A stretch of 64,000 nt of DNA from the NCBI GenBank assembly GCA_964016885.1, contig OZ024740.1, positions 124,930,001-124,994,000 of the forward strand, written 5' to 3'. Source of the stretch: Eledone cirrhosa. Lineage: Eukaryota. The translations under genes were made by a program, and so were the position numbers. The notes beneath the pieces were generated by a model, which worked only from the letters and a program-made list of their open reading frames with translations, did no database searches and had not been told where the DNA came from. Shown here in pieces: positions 25,725-40,012 of the stretch (within the stretch, counting starts at the first letter, position 1; each line of letters begins with the position of its first letter).

Positions 25725-28700
25725 AATATGAACCCATACGTTTCCAGGCGACCATGCAAATCTTTAATTCAGATGCAGAAAACATACCCTCCCCCTACTC
25801 TGCTAAAACCCACCCTCCCCCATTGACATCAAACTCCCAAAATTCTGAATTGGCACTATCAATGTGACCACAATGAAAGAAAGAACAGGAGAAATTATAG
25901 AGATGTTAGAATGAAAGGAAATTGATGTTTGTTGTGTGCAAGAGACTAGATGGAAGGGAAGGTCTATTGGCTCCACGTTGGTAAAAAAAAAGTGCTACAA
26001 ATTTTTCTGGTTGGGAAATGACAATGGGTTGGGTGGTGTAGGTATACTATTAGCTAACAAATGGGTAGATAAGGTAATCTCAGTGAACAGGGTAAATGCG
26101 AGAATCATTAAACTCAGACTAGTCCTAAATAAAATAATAGCTACACTTATATCCACTTACACACCCCAATCTGGGTTACTAGATGAACTTAAGGATGTTT
26201 TACGAGTCCCTAATGCACACTACCACTCTAACAAATGACAATGACTTCCTACTCATTGCAATAGGCTTTAAGGGACATGTTGGGAAACATAGTGATGTCT
26301 TTTACAGAGTCCGTGGAGGCTATGGGTTTGGTGTAAGAAATGAAGGTTACAGGCTTCTAGAATTCTGCGACGCCAATGACTGTCGATACGTAACACAAAC
26401 TTCAAAAAAGCCAATGACCATCCTGATCACCTATAGATCCGGGGAGCATACTAGCCAGATAGATGTTATCCTTACCAGAGGACAGATAGATGGATGGTTG
26501 TAAACACAAAAGTCTTCCCAGGTGAAGAATGTACCTCCCAACATAACTTAGTTGTCAGCGACCTCATTGTCAAAACAAGAGGAACTTTGAAAGAAAAGGA
26601 AACCCGGATAAGAAAGATCTGGAAGCTGAATGATCCCTCAGCCAGTAACAAATTTAGAGATATTTTACTTGATGCTTATGACAGTAAAGAAGAACTGATA
26701 GAGACATTCAATGTAGAAGAGCACTGGAAGTTCCTAAAACATAACCTACTAAAAGTGAGAGGCGAGATCTGTGGTTGGTTCAAGACTACAAGGAGAAGGA
26801 GAGTGACTTGGTGGTGGAACAATAAGGTAGATGAAGCCATTAAGCCCAAGAAACAGGCATGGAAACAATGGAAGAATGGGGGGAGCAGGGTACATTATAT
26901 AAATACCAGGAGAGAAGCTAGGCGACAAGTATACTTTGCTAGAAGGGAAGCGGAAGATAAAACATTCAAGCATGTTTTGCAGTGCAAGGACCAGAAACAG
27001 GAGGTGTTCAGGATTGCAAGGCAGTGTGTTAGAGAAAATTGTATTGCCATCGGTGAGAAGTGTGTCTGGAATGATAAAGGTGCACTTGCCCTCACAGGTG
27101 CTGAGAAGAAAAATGCATGGAAGAGCCATTATGAAAGATTACTGAATGAAGAGAATGCATGGGAGAAAAATACTCTACACCAATTGGACCCTAAGTCAGT
27201 AGCAGTGTAGTTAGTAAGGCAATTAAGGTTACGAAAACTGGGAAAACAGCCGTTCCCCCAACAATAGTTGCTGAGATACTGAAAGTGTCTGGGTCAGTAA
27301 GACACACCATAACCACACGTATTTTTAACCAGGTAATACTTGAGGGCATCAAAACAAAGGATTGGTGCAGCAGCATAATTGTCAACTGCTACAAGTATAA
27401 AGGAGATGCACTAGATAGAGGAAACTATAGAGGTATAAAGCTGATGGACCAGGTCATGACAGTAATGGAAAGAGTTATAGCACAGCTGATTAGAGACCGG
27501 GTAAGCCTAGATGAGATGCAGTTTGGGTTTGTGCCAGGGAAAAGCACCACTGATGCTCTCTTCCTTGTTAGGCAGTTACAGGAAAAGTACCTAGCTAAAA
27601 GTAAGCCGCTCTACCGGGCATTTATTGATCTGGAAAATACCTTTGACAGAGTATCCTGTGCTATAATTTAACGGGCTCTTAGAAAACTAGGAGTAGATGA
27701 GTGGCTTGTGAAGGCTGTACAAGTCATGTATTGAGGAGCAGTCAGCGAAGTCATGATTAACAATGAATATAGTGAGAAATTTAGCATACAAGTTGGCATC
27801 TACCAGGGCTCTGTTCTTAGCCCACTCCTGTTTATTATCGTTTTGCAGGCTATAACAGAGAGTTTAAGACCAGCTGCCCATGGGAACGTGGATGATCTTA
27901 TGCTCATAGCTGAATCTATGGTGGAACTAGAGAAGAAATTCCAAACATGGAAGCAGGGCCTAGAAAGAAGGAGTCTTAAAGTCAACCTGACAAAGACTAA
28001 GGTCCTAGTAAGTAGAAGAGAAAACAGAACCCAGATCCTCTTGGGGAAATGTCATTGTTCAGTATGTAGGAAAGGCATGGTTAGAAACTCCATCTTCTGC
28101 CCCATATGCAAAATGTGGGTACACAAGAGATGTAGTGGCATCTCAGGAAGAATGTAGGCTTTACATGTAGCAATTGTACTGGAACAGTAAGCTTCAAACG
28201 ACTGCAGGAAACAAGCGCTACCAAATTCTGAGAGGGCTCTGTACAAACAGTAGACATCTTCTTCTACTTAAGTGACCAAATTAGCAGCAGTGGTGGATGT
28301 TCTGAAGTTACATTAGCCAGAGTAAAACAGGTTGGATGAAGTTCAGGGAACTACTACCAGTGCTGGCTACAAAAGAATGAAATTAGACTTTATGATGCAT
28401 CCGTACAAACAGCTATGTTGCATTGAAGAGAGGCCTGGGCTCTGTGTGAAGAAGACTTGCATAGATTGGAAACAAATGAAGCTTGCATGCTCTGATGGAT
28501 GTGTAATATATGATAACAGCAAAGCATAAATGAACTGAGAGAGAAACTAGGCATAAGAGGAATCATATGCTGTGTGAAAGAGAGGAGATTGCATTGGTAT
28601 GGTCATGTGATACATATGAAGGGTGACAGCTGCATAAAAAAGTGCAGAGTGCTCAAAGGAAGACTTGGGATGAGGTGATAAAAGCTGAACTTGCCCAATT

Positions 28701-29136
28701 GCACCTCTCAAAGGCGATGACACATGACTGAGATCTCTGGCGATACAGAGTAATACAGAAGACTTGACTTCCCACAGGCACAAGCCAAAGCATATATACT
28801 GTATGCCCAACCCAAAACATCCCACCCTCCCATACACTCCCAGGAGGACAGGCCAAAGTAAATGCATCCGTTGAAGCCCCCGCACATGATGCAAAGTAGT
28901 TGTGATGGTGACATGGCAAAAAGTGCCCAGCCCACTCTATAAAGTCATGATAAAAAGCACCCAGTACTTTCTGTAAACTGAGGTTGACGTTAGGAAGGGC
29001 ATCCAGCTGCAGAAACTAAGCTAGAACCAGACCAGTATGAGCAAGATATGGTCACCTGACCTAGGATTGCCCACAGGACAACCTGTCTAACCCATGCTAG
29101 CCTGGAAAATGGATGTAAGATGGAGGGGAAGATGAT
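25725..29136 (+). mobile_element. Near full-length RTE LINE, decayed (APE endonuclease + RT + PHD-like finger + 3' UTR)
   Basis: IGTINV...DVCCVQETRWKG, SQHNLVVSDL, NYRGIKLM, QFGFVPGKSTTDA, QGSVLSPLLF; the YADD region is deleted to 'VDD'; many frameshifts; gatgat tail. Confidence 0.96.
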
Positions 29137-29274
29137 ATATGTATATATACACACAAATATGTACATATAGACCATGTGTGCATATATGTATATATATACA
29201 CCATATGTGTATGTGTGTATATATATACATATATATGTATATATGTGTGAGTATATTTTATGTTGGTTCCAAAA

Positions 29275-29540
29275 AACTTCCACTGTAAAGTGGTCATGTA
29301 GGTGCCATGACAAAAAGCACCCAGCCCACACTGTAAAGTGGTTGTGTAAAAGACATGGCAAAAAGCACCCAGCACACACTGCAAATGTGGTTGGTGCTAG
29401 GAAGGGCATCCAGCCATAGATAATAAGCCAGAAAGAGTCCCATATGAGCGAGACATGATCACCCAACCCAACTTGCCTCTAAATGGAACAAACCCATCTA
29501 ACTCATGCTAGCGTGGAAGATAGACGTTAAATGATGATTG
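29275..29540 (+). mobile_element. RTE 3' UTR fragment
   Basis: aaaagcacccagcccacactgtaaagtgg repeats, ggaagggcatccagcc, atgatgat end. Confidence 0.85.
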
Positions 29541-31639
29541 CATCCTCATTTCCGATTAAATAATTTAAAAGAAAAGGCCAAGATAGCCTTTCCTTTGTAA
29601 TTCCATCTTTGAGCAGGAGAGAGAAGATAAGCTGGAAGCCAGGAGGCAAAGATGGATAGTAATTTGGCCATCAATGTTGAACCACCAATGAGAGCATGTT
29701 ATAGTTGAACATTGTAAACCATCTCATAGTAATAACTCCTGGCCAAGGCTATGTTTACTGAAGGTAAATGAATAAGAGGTGTCTTTTTGAAGATGTAATT
29801 ATGGATAAGATATATATAAACCTTATTCTAGATGGTAAATATAATAACCACTACCCATTTATGGGTTATTATTTCATTATGTTTACAAATTATATATATA
29901 TGTCTTTATACAATAAATGTTTGTGTTCCAAAAAGGAATCTACAGTTGTATGTAGCTTAATATATTATATTACATTTATTTACAGTTTGAGTGAAACGTT
30001 TTCAACAATACAACAATGTAGCACATTACAATGACATAACATGATGTATATTTACTTGAAACATGAAATATATATATTTGTGTTTCATAATATTCTTTAA
30101 AAAATAGTGCTAGGAATTAGATTTAAAAACACGCAAAACTTCATGATTGAAGAGCATACATTTAATGTATAATAGCTTAAAAAATTAATATGAAAAATTT
30201 TCAAAAAGTAGATATTAAATTGAAATTTAAGTATAGGTATGAAAAAAAAATTTAAATAATTTTCCAGTCAAAGCAAGATGAAGAAATGTTCAACTAAAAA
30301 AATCAATGAAAATTAATCTATGTTACAGAGTGAGGTTTGGTAGCTTGATCAAATATTGAAACCTGGCCTCTAAATTTTTTTACTAAATGTCTAATATAGT
30401 TTTTGAAATGGGAAAGTGAAAGTTGAGAATCTATATTGTTTGGCAGTTCATGCCAAAGTTCAATGATTATATTTGAGGAAACAATATTTATGATTTCAAT
30501 GCTGGCTAAAAAATATATAATTTAAAAAGAAAGAAACACTCTTGTAGCTTCATATGCTATGTGTTTCTAGTCTAGAATAGGTACACTGTATCCCTACATG
30601 CCAAAAAATGTGACTAAAAGTGTAGGCATCTGGAAAGCATCCAGCTACAAAGTACTATCTAAAAAAAGATCTTTATTATGAGCATGAAGCCTTTCAAAGA
30701 ACTCACAGGACTAAACCCCCACTTAAGCAGGAAAAACGACCTTAAAATTCTTGTGGTACTAGCTTAATATAAGGTTAATTGGAACATTTTTTAAAAGGAA
30801 TGTCTACTATGGTATTAATTATTCTACACACTATGGTTAAATCATTAACAATTTTATGTTTTTCTATTGTTTGTAAATTTAATAAACATAAATAGGAAAA
30901 ATATGAAATGTTACCTCTGCAATTTCTCAATTAAAATGGTATTGTTTAAGAGTTAAGGAGATCAAACTTTTGTAATATATTCAAATTTAAGAAAAGAAAT
31001 GTTTTGCATATCTTAATTAAAAGGTGTCTATTTGATTTTTAAGAGTTCTAAAATTTGATTTAATGTTTTAAACCCCTATCAACATTTTATTTCTTTTCTG
31101 AAATTGTAAGATAAAGTGAAGACAAATTTCTCTAGCAGGTGGAATACGAATATAATTTAAGTGATCAGTTTCAAAAAGCTGATCACTTAAATTAGCAAAG
31201 GAGAAAAAATAAAACAAAACAAATTAATGTTTTACCCTGTATATTAGAAAATGATATTTCTGGGCTCTTTTCCAATGTGAGGCAGAAACGGTTCAAAACA
31301 AAAATGAACGCTTTATATCATGTTGAAATATACTGGATAAAACATTACTTTGTTTTGTTTATTTGTTATCCTTTACCCTATATATTACTACCACATTTTA
31401 CTGGTGTTTTGAAACTCATCAGTCATAACTATACTATAATTTATTCTTTCGTTTCTAAAGAAATATACTCCCACTGTTGTATTTTGATTTTTTATAATTT
31501 TTGAAAATAATTAAAAAGTTAGGAAAATTTGGTAAAATAACTAAATTCTTTATTAATAAGCTGATATGTGAAACTTGACAAAAGTTTTAAAAATCTGATT
31601 GTCATAAAAGATACTAATGTTGTGTATACAAGAGATGTA

Positions 31640-32422
31640 TCATAAAAGATACAATTCTGTGTACACAAGAGATGTAGTGGGATACCAGGCAGACTAACAA
31701 GAAGGAAAGTCATTGCATTGTATGTAGAAGTGACTCAATGGTACTCAACAGGAAGAGCATCCATGATATAAATCTTTTCCACTCATATGAAGGATCCACA
31801 GAAGTGGTTATTAGCTTCTGCTGTTTATGTGACCTAATTAGCAGCAGAGTGGGGTGCTCCAAGAGCCAATTAGCTAGAATAAGTATAGGATGGAAGAAGT
31901 TTAGAGATATACACTCACTGTTGACATCAAAAGGCTTCTCCCTACATACAAGAGGACAGCTGTATGATGCTTGTGTGTGAAGTGTGATGCTGTATGTTAG
32001 TGAAATATGGGCAGTGATTGCAGAGGACATGCATCGGCTGGAGAGAAATGAATCAACCATGCCTCATTAGATGTGCAATGTAAATGTGAGAGAAAAGCAG
32101 AGGTTGGATGAACAGAGGGAGAAGCTGGGTTTAAGAGGAATCTGAAGTGGTGTGCAAAAGAGAACATTGCTGTGGTATGAGCATGTGATGTGCATGTAAT
32201 ACATATGGATTATGATTGCTGGGTGAATAAGTGCTAGGAAATCCTTGTAGAAGGAAGCCACAGTTGAGGTAGACCAAGAAAGACCTGGGTGGAGGTGTTG
32301 AAAGCTGATACCAAATTGTAGAGGAGATGACAAAGAAATGTGGGGAGTGCAGAGATGTTGTGATGAAAAGGATCTAACTGATGCGAGCATGGAAAAATGT
32401 ATGTAAAAAAGATGATGGTGAT
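31640..32422 (+). mobile_element. Older RTE 3' fragment
   Basis: VHKRCSGI, SFCCLCDLISS, RISIGWKKFR...RGQLYDACV; gatgatggtgat tail. Confidence 0.88.
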
Positions 32423-32494
32423 ACATATATATATATATTTTTTTATTTATTCCTTATAAGAACAGATTAAAGTTTAAGCAGATATATATATATA

Positions 32495-32670
32495 TCATCA
32501 TCCTCATCATCATCATTTTACATCTGCTTTTCCCTGTTTGCAAGGGTGGGACAGGAACTGATTCTGGCTTGATTTCTACAGCTGGATGCACTTCCTAACA
32601 CCAACCTCATTTACAGTGAGTGCTGGGTGCTTTTTTTCCGTGGCACTTCCACGTCCACTTTGCAGTGGAA
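32495..32670 (-). mobile_element. RTE 3' UTR/tail fragment
   Basis: (CAT)n followed by ttttacatctgcttttccctg...gctggatgcacttcctaac. Confidence 0.8.
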
Positions 32671-32675
32671 TGATA

Positions 32676-32835
32676 TAGACCCCAGTCCCTATCATCTCAT
32701 TTCTACAGCTGAGTAAACTGGAGCAATGTGAAATAAAGTGTCAAGGAAACAACACATCACCCGGTCTGAGAATTGAACTCACAACCTTTCGATTGCAAGG
32801 CCAATGCTCTAACCACTAAGCCATGTGCCTCCATA
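32676..32835 (-). mobile_element. SINE family B (tRNA-derived head)
   Basis: Reverse complement: tggcttagtggttagagc (A-box) ... gagttcaattct (B-box) ... cactttatttcacattgctccagtttactcagctg. Confidence 0.88.
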
Positions 32836-35374
32836 AAGAATCTTTGACCGATGTAATATTGAACCATCAGAAGGCCTGATATACATATATATATATCATA
32901 ATCTTTATGGAAAATGACTACTTCCATTCCATTTTTTGTTCTAGATTTTATCAGTGAAGGTTATAATAACTGGAATAGTCAATGAAAACAATGATTCTCT
33001 GGGGCAAGTAGCACAATAAAATGCATAAGATATTTGTGATGGTGCCATGATGACATTTACCTGGGAGATTTGGTAAAGTGGTTGGCCTTAGAAAAAGTAT
33101 CAACTCATAGAAACCCTGCCAATTATGAAATATATAAGCAAGATAAAGAATCTTTGACCCATCTAATATTGAACCATCAGAAGGCCTGATGATGATGATC
33201 TGAACTACTCCTTTTATTAGATGCTTATAAGATGAGCAAGCAGCATCCCAGTAATTTTTACAGCCAGTAAGTTTACTTCTTGTGTTAGTTTAGTCATTTT
33301 TAAATGACATTCCCAATAGCATCATTAACACATGTCTATTGATCCTATCCGTCACACCATATAAATTCTGAAATGTTTTTAAATGGTGCATTACAAATAT
33401 TGCACCATTGCAAGTGGTGAAGTTATCATAGCAATTTTTCAGAATTTCAAACACTATTAACTATCTTGATAAACTGTAAAAATGTGGTACAGATGATTAC
33501 AGTGAGTAAAATGAAACACAAAAATATAAATCAGTCTGAAATCAGAGATACGATGTTCAGACAACTGCTATCTTATTGAAGCAGTTTTTGAAAAAAATAT
33601 GAGCTACTTCAATTCCTAGTCATAACTGGAGAAAATAACAGATTTTATATTTAATATACTATACCACTATAATCATCATTCTAACGCCTGTGTTGAAATA
33701 CAGGTATCAATACTGATTTTCTGGCATCTTTTGTTCAAATCCTGTGTTTTTATGATTCCTTCAGCCAGAAATATAAAATTTCCCTAGATATTGACTAGGA
33801 TGTTGGAAACAATTTCCCTATACCTCAAATTAAATATGAAGAGGCAAATGTTTAAAGTGAAATCTAATGCTATGCAATAGTCTAATAAGATCAATTACTT
33901 AGTGTGGCAAGTCACAGGAAATTCAAATGTCCAACACTAATTATATCCAAACAGAAAGAGTTGCTGGATCTTCAGATACTGCAAAACGTGCATTGTACCA
34001 GTACTAGAATGAATTCAAAGAGTCTTTAACATGAAACATCATTTTTATCCTCCCTATATCAACACATCTCTAAGGCCCAATTTTCTCAAATAAGACTCAT
34101 ACAAGCATTGAAAGGCAGGTGTAAAATCATAATAACAATGATAATGATGTTGATGATAAAAACCTTAATATTCAATACATGAAATTGCAGTAGCCAAACA
34201 GTCATGAAAAGTACAAATTAGCACAATTAAATCATCTGAATAAATTACTCTTATCTCTGTCCAGAATTATTAGCCCCTTATTTATGTAGAATTGGAAGTT
34301 GAGGAAAATCGGCTAAATAATTACCTTGAATATAATTTTCTCCCTTATTTTACCATCGATTATGTTGTCACACATTTCTTGACTTATATACAAGTATATA
34401 TGGCAGCTCAGTTTCTCATTGATAAAATGAATGTCAGTTAAATACTAGAGTTGATTTAATTGATATCCACCCCTTGACATGTATGCTATTGGAACAAGTT
34501 CTCATAGTTGAAATTGAAAAGAGACATGGGATGCTCTCATTATCCCTTAGCTTTTGCACCTCTTTGTAGGAGTGTTTATATACATTATATTAAACGTTTA
34601 ACGTTTTCCATGTTGTATTATGTTTTTCCCATTCACTGTTTATTTTATGTTTATTTTCTTTTATTGTATGATACACTTTTTTATTAAATGGTAGATGCTT
34701 GTGGCTATTATTATAACAATCATTATTATTTTTAATATTGTTGATTTTTATTATCATAGTAAACTGGACAGAATGATGAAATATCAGACTAAATGCTTCA
34801 CAGTATTGAATTGTTTTCACTGATATTCTGCCCTTGCCATTCTACCCACTTTGGGATTGATAAAATAAGTTGGTGTAATTAATTTAGTCTCTTTATAAAC
34901 GTTTGCCTGCTGCATGAAAGAAATCATAATATCTATTATGTGTATTTTTGGCAGGAACTTTGATCAGATATATTGTGTTGAAACAGATATTCTGAAAGAG
35001 CCACATGTGTGTTTATAATTGGCAAACATACAACAGTAACAATAACAGTCACATAACTGTTAACTGTAGAATATACCCATTCATATACAGTTTAACTACT
35101 ACAATGCTGATATTGTTTATTGTTCTTAATAGAGAATAGATTTTACACTTAATGCCATCCTTATTTTTATTGTAATATGTTAATGTATTAATTGTAAAAG
35201 TTTGTAAACACAGTTGTACAATTCATTTTTCATAAAGTCTCATATACAATTTGTCTATCAAGGAGATCAATCTTATTTTTCTATTTATAATTTGACCCAG
35301 CCTAGAGGCCTTGAAATACCTTGTGAAGTTGTGATATATAATATATATATATATATGTATATATATGTTCTGAA

Positions 35375-35667
35375 GTAGTGTGCAGGTGAGAAAATGGCAT
35401 TGGTACAGACATGTGATGCATATTGATGATGATCATTGAGTGAACAAGTATCAAAAAACCCGTGATAGTGATAAGAAGCTGCAATAGAGGTAGACAAAGG
35501 AAGGCATTGGCGAAGGTGATGAGAGCTGATCGCAAATCACTGAGACTCACAGAGGAGATGATGATGGAAAGACATGAGTGGAGAGATGTTGTAATGAAAA
35601 AGACCTGTCTAACCAATGTTAGCATGGGAAAATGGACATAAAAACGATGATGATGATGATCATCATT
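35375..35667 (+). mobile_element. RTE 3' end, short-UTR subfamily
   Basis: W(H)WYRHV and GRQRK-like peptides, then tgtctaaccaatgttagcatgggaaaatggacataaaacgatgatgat. Confidence 0.8.
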
Positions 35668-37914
35668 ATATATATATATATATATATATATGCTGATTCT
35701 TTTTCATTGGCATTCGCTTTTATTGTGTAGTTGATATATACATCAATAGCAATGGTTGTCCATATCAATTATGTGTTAGACTACCAGTTGCTGGTTTGAA
35801 TCAAGTGATTCAATAAAAATGTCAATTTTTTCATGGTTGTTTCCTTTTGCTCAAACGTATCGGTCTTTAGAACCTCACCTACCCGATTACTGATAGGTTA
35901 ACTTTATAAGATAATATCCAACTATCCAAGCAAAACTACCATGCACATGCTAACAAACAGGAAATAGTGGATATGTGAATCTTAACGTACTAATTTTATA
36001 TCAACAGTCATCAATTCTGGATTAATAATATACAGTGTTGTTAATATATGAATGAATTAAACAACTACATCTGCTGCATACACAAATTAGTTTTGTTCTT
36101 AGTATAAAGAATAAAATACATATTTGGTATATAATGATTTTTTGAAAGGGCAGACATCTAAACTCACTATGTTTTATATAGCATCTAAATTTGAATATGA
36201 ACGTTTTAATTCATTTTCACATGATAGGTATAAGCTAATGGATGACAATTTAAATATTGTTATATAATAATATTTTATTATTCTCCAGGATCACAGTTCT
36301 TACTTTTATGTTGGTAAACATAATTAATCTTAAGAAAAAAAAATGAGTAAAAGGGAAAATGAAAGAAATCTGTTTTAACCACACTAATTTCTTGCTGAAT
36401 AACTGCCACAGCTTTCCAGACCTTTTGCAAGGCAACATACTTTAAACCTTTTGATTTGGTAACACACATAAAGGTTCTTGATTTGGTGACATACTAAAAA
36501 GTTTCTGATTTGGTGAAACACTTAAAAATGTGCATTAGTGATACATTTTTTTCATGACACATTGTCAAAATTAATGAAGAAGCAATTAAATATTAAAGGA
36601 TGTGTCACCAGTTACATTTCAAACTGTATGCAGAGTTGTCAGATCTTATATATACTACACAGCCACGTTGTTATGAAAATTGATCCAATATGATTGAATT
36701 TCTTTACACACCTAGAGAATATCACCAAAAGAGGAAAGTGTTGTGACAGAGAGTTAAGAAACCATGATTTATATAATGACACTGTTATTATATCCAGGTT
36801 AAAGCTACTTCAACAAGCTACAATTGTGAAAATATTTTGGAGAATCATGCATACTACAATTTCATCTTTCTCTTTTCAGAATATTTGAGATTTCCTTCTA
36901 ATGGAAAAAGAAATTATTTATTGAGTTCACTCTAACTTAAAATTGTTTTTGTCTATAGGCAACTCTCTAATATTAGTGATTCAGGATATTTCCCTTTGTT
37001 TGCCTATGGCATCTTGACTCTGTGAGACATCATTATTTATCCTTTGTTAAATTGTTGTCACAACACATCACAAATTCTTTTATGAAAACATGACATTCAA
37101 GGTTATGAAAATATCTTTCAATATGAATGAATAATTTATATTTTAAGAAATGCATCTTTTTATGTATACAAACATAAGTAATTCTAAACAAGTAAAATAT
37201 ACATCGATAAGAATAGTCTCCTGAAAACTATAATCTGTGCATACCTGCATATAAGTATGTTAATAAATGTAAGTTGATGAACTGAAAATATATTTTAATC
37301 AATTAAAATTGGGACTAGATAAAACCCCTGAAATTTCAATTAATAAAAACTTAAATGCATGTTGAAATAGTTGTTGGTGTGTTTCATGTTGTTTGTGTAG
37401 GTTAAGCAGAAGTTGAAGTAGAATTGAAAATCAGTTGCTTTGCAGAAGACAGTGGCATTGACAGAGGTGATTGATGAAAACAGGATTATCTAGGAAGATG
37501 ACAGAATAGTAGATCTTAGAAAAGTAAATTGTAGGAGAGGGTAGTGGTAGCTGACGAAGGCAACAAAGGAATTGGGCTGTTCAAAGATGAGAAGGGTGGC
37601 AGCAGTATAATCCCCAATAACAATAATATAAATCTGGATAACTGGGCGAGGATTTAGACTTCAACATGAGGACCCAATGGTTCATGTATTCAGGGGCTAT
37701 CCTAGTTCTCATGGTCACACAAGTAAAACTGCATTACTATCACACTCAATTACAGCTGAAGTTACCACATGTAGCTTTTATCATGGTCTTCTGAAATTCA
37801 GTTGTTTTTAACAATGACAATTCTGCTTACATCTTCATGTTATCTCCACTATAGTTGCACAGACAACTCTCTATTCAATTGTAACATATCACTTCATATA
37901 CCGAGTCTGTTAAA

Positions 37915-38195
37915 AAAAGTCTAAAGTTTGTCTCAAGCCCAGAGGCTTGAATGGTGCTTATCCTGATTTCCATAGCTTTAAGAGACTGAGAGTAAAATAC
38001 TTCCCCTAGACAGAACGTTAGTCCATCACAGTTAAATCCCCAGCTATGGCTGGTACACATTTTCGAATGAGTACTTTGGAGCAATATGAAATGAAGTGTT
38101 TTTCTCACAATGACAACACACAATACAGTTCAAGAATTTAACCCATGGCATTATGACAATAGGTCTGGCACACTTACCACTAGGCATGTGCCCAA
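37915..38195 (-). mobile_element. SINE family B, degenerate
   Basis: ggagcaatatgaaatgaagtgtttttctc...caagaatttaaccc...accactaggcatgtgcc. Confidence 0.65.
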
Positions 38196-38316
38196 TAACA
38201 CTACATATGACTCCATCTTCAATGAATCATTCCTACAACCAAACAAAATGCAGATAATTTTATATGCATTTATTCACATATCTTCCACCTACAGAGAAGA
38301 ACATTGAAATATGCAT

Positions 38317-38434
<118 letters not shown>

Positions 38435-38585
38435 ATGTTTCTCTAAAGTTAAGCCACATGATGTTCTGCAGATGCCATAGAGATCATGAGCAGCTCACAC
38501 ATGATTTTAACCACTGAAATTCCTCTTTTGTCTGCAAAGTACAATGGTGGATTTGTCTCTCTTTTTCTCTCTCTCTCCCTCTCTC

Positions 38586-38632
<47 letters not shown>

Positions 38633-38634
<2 letters not shown>

Positions 38635-39240
38635 TGGCTGCCTACTCGTTTTCGAGTACGGCCACTACTTTATATCCATGTAGGAGAAGCCCTACCGATG
38701 CGCTGAACGAGTGTGACTTTTTAGTCCAGCCAAGACTTGAAAACTCTGGTACAAACACTACACTTGTGACAATTATTGACATATATTGCTGGGCCCATGG
38801 TACCATGTGACGACAAGTGCAGAGATCTCCAGATATAAAGCAATGTCTGTGCCGTGAAGCTTTTATAGTGAGCAAAGGCACTGCACAAAGCCAGTCCCAC
38901 TCTCCTAACCAAGATGATATTTACCAAAGAGAAGAACAAGTCAACATCATTGGATACCATCAGGGTTGCAGGTGTTATATCAGAGTTTTCCTTCTCCTAG
39001 AATTCTGCCTTGACAAAGGCTAAGGGTTCATCTCTCCCGGTGATTTTGGATGGCTATTGACTCTTAAAAAGCTCCTTTGCCCTTTGACAGGTTTTGTTTT
39101 TAGTCCTACAGGATGTCTAAAGCCACCCTCCTCACCAAGAAACCTTGGTGGGGTTGCCAGTTTAGTCGCCAACGACCCGACCATGAGACAGGTTGTACTG
39201 GGATACATGTTACCAGTAGCACCAACTGGTGACATGCAAA
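38633..39240 (-). mobile_element. Non-autonomous bipartite RTE derivative (5' UTR joined to 3' end)
   Basis: RTE 5' UTR motif ttagcctt...ctaggagaaggaaaactctga (rc of 38980-39023); C2H2 remnant CSVCTRVFKS/LAGLKSHTRSAH; 3' stem-loop gtactcgaaaacgagtag; (TA)n tail. Confidence 0.75.
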
Positions 39241-39344
39241 AAACATGAGTGCTTGAGTGGGAGAGTGTATTTGTTTATTTATATACATTTATGTGCATAG
39301 AAACATTTTCTGCTCTGTTCCTATCCACAAAAAAATTATATACA

Positions 39345-39550
39345 TCATCGCCACCATTTAACATCCATTTTTCCAAAATAGCATGGGTTAGACTAGTTGC
39401 TCCATTGTTAGTCAGGTCAGAACCATTGCTAGCTTGGATTCTGTGGCTACATACCCTTCCTTATGCCAACCAAATTTACAGTGTGAACTGGGTGCTTTGT
39501 GTCATGTCACCAACACGACCACTTTACAGATTGGACTGGATGCATTTGGT
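39345..39550 (-). mobile_element. RTE 3' UTR fragment
   Basis: catttaacatccatttttcc...agcatgggttagac...tttacagtgtgaactgggtgcttt. Confidence 0.75.
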
Positions 39551-39645
39551 CTAAATTACTGCAAAGGGAGAGTAAATCTGAAATAATAGCACTATGAAGC
39601 AAATTTCTGAACTGCATTTTCTTTCATTTCTTTCATTTTGTATCT

Positions 39646-40012
39646 TGGCAGTATCGGTAGAAGCTCGGACGCCATGCTTTGACACATAGAATTACGGCCT
39701 TTTCCATTCTGAGTTCAAATCCCGCCGACGTTAACTTTGCCTTTCATCCTTACGGGGTCGATAAAATAAAGTACCAGTAATACACTTGTGCCAAAAGTAG
39801 AAACAATTACTTTGTATCTTTTACAGTGGATTGGCAGTATCGGTAGAGGGTTGATGCCATGCTATGCAGCATAGAGTTACAGCCCTTTATAGTCTGAGTT
39901 CAAATCCTGCTGAGGATAACTTTGCTTTTCATCCTTAATGGGTCAATAAAATAAAGCACCAGTAATGCACTGGGGTTGTTGCTGGCCTTGTGCAAAAAAG
40001 TAGAAACAATTA
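39646..40012 (+). mobile_element. Two SINE A copies in tandem (39646-39810; 39826-40012)
   Basis: Both carry the B-box and core; tttgtatctt occurs before, between and after them. Confidence 0.92.

Noticed and set aside
25725-29136. Active autonomous RTE
   Set aside because: Multiple stops and frameshifts, and the YADD motif is disrupted.
32745-32835. tRNA gene
   Set aside because: Acceptor stem does not pair and it runs into SINE body shared with 49214-49450.
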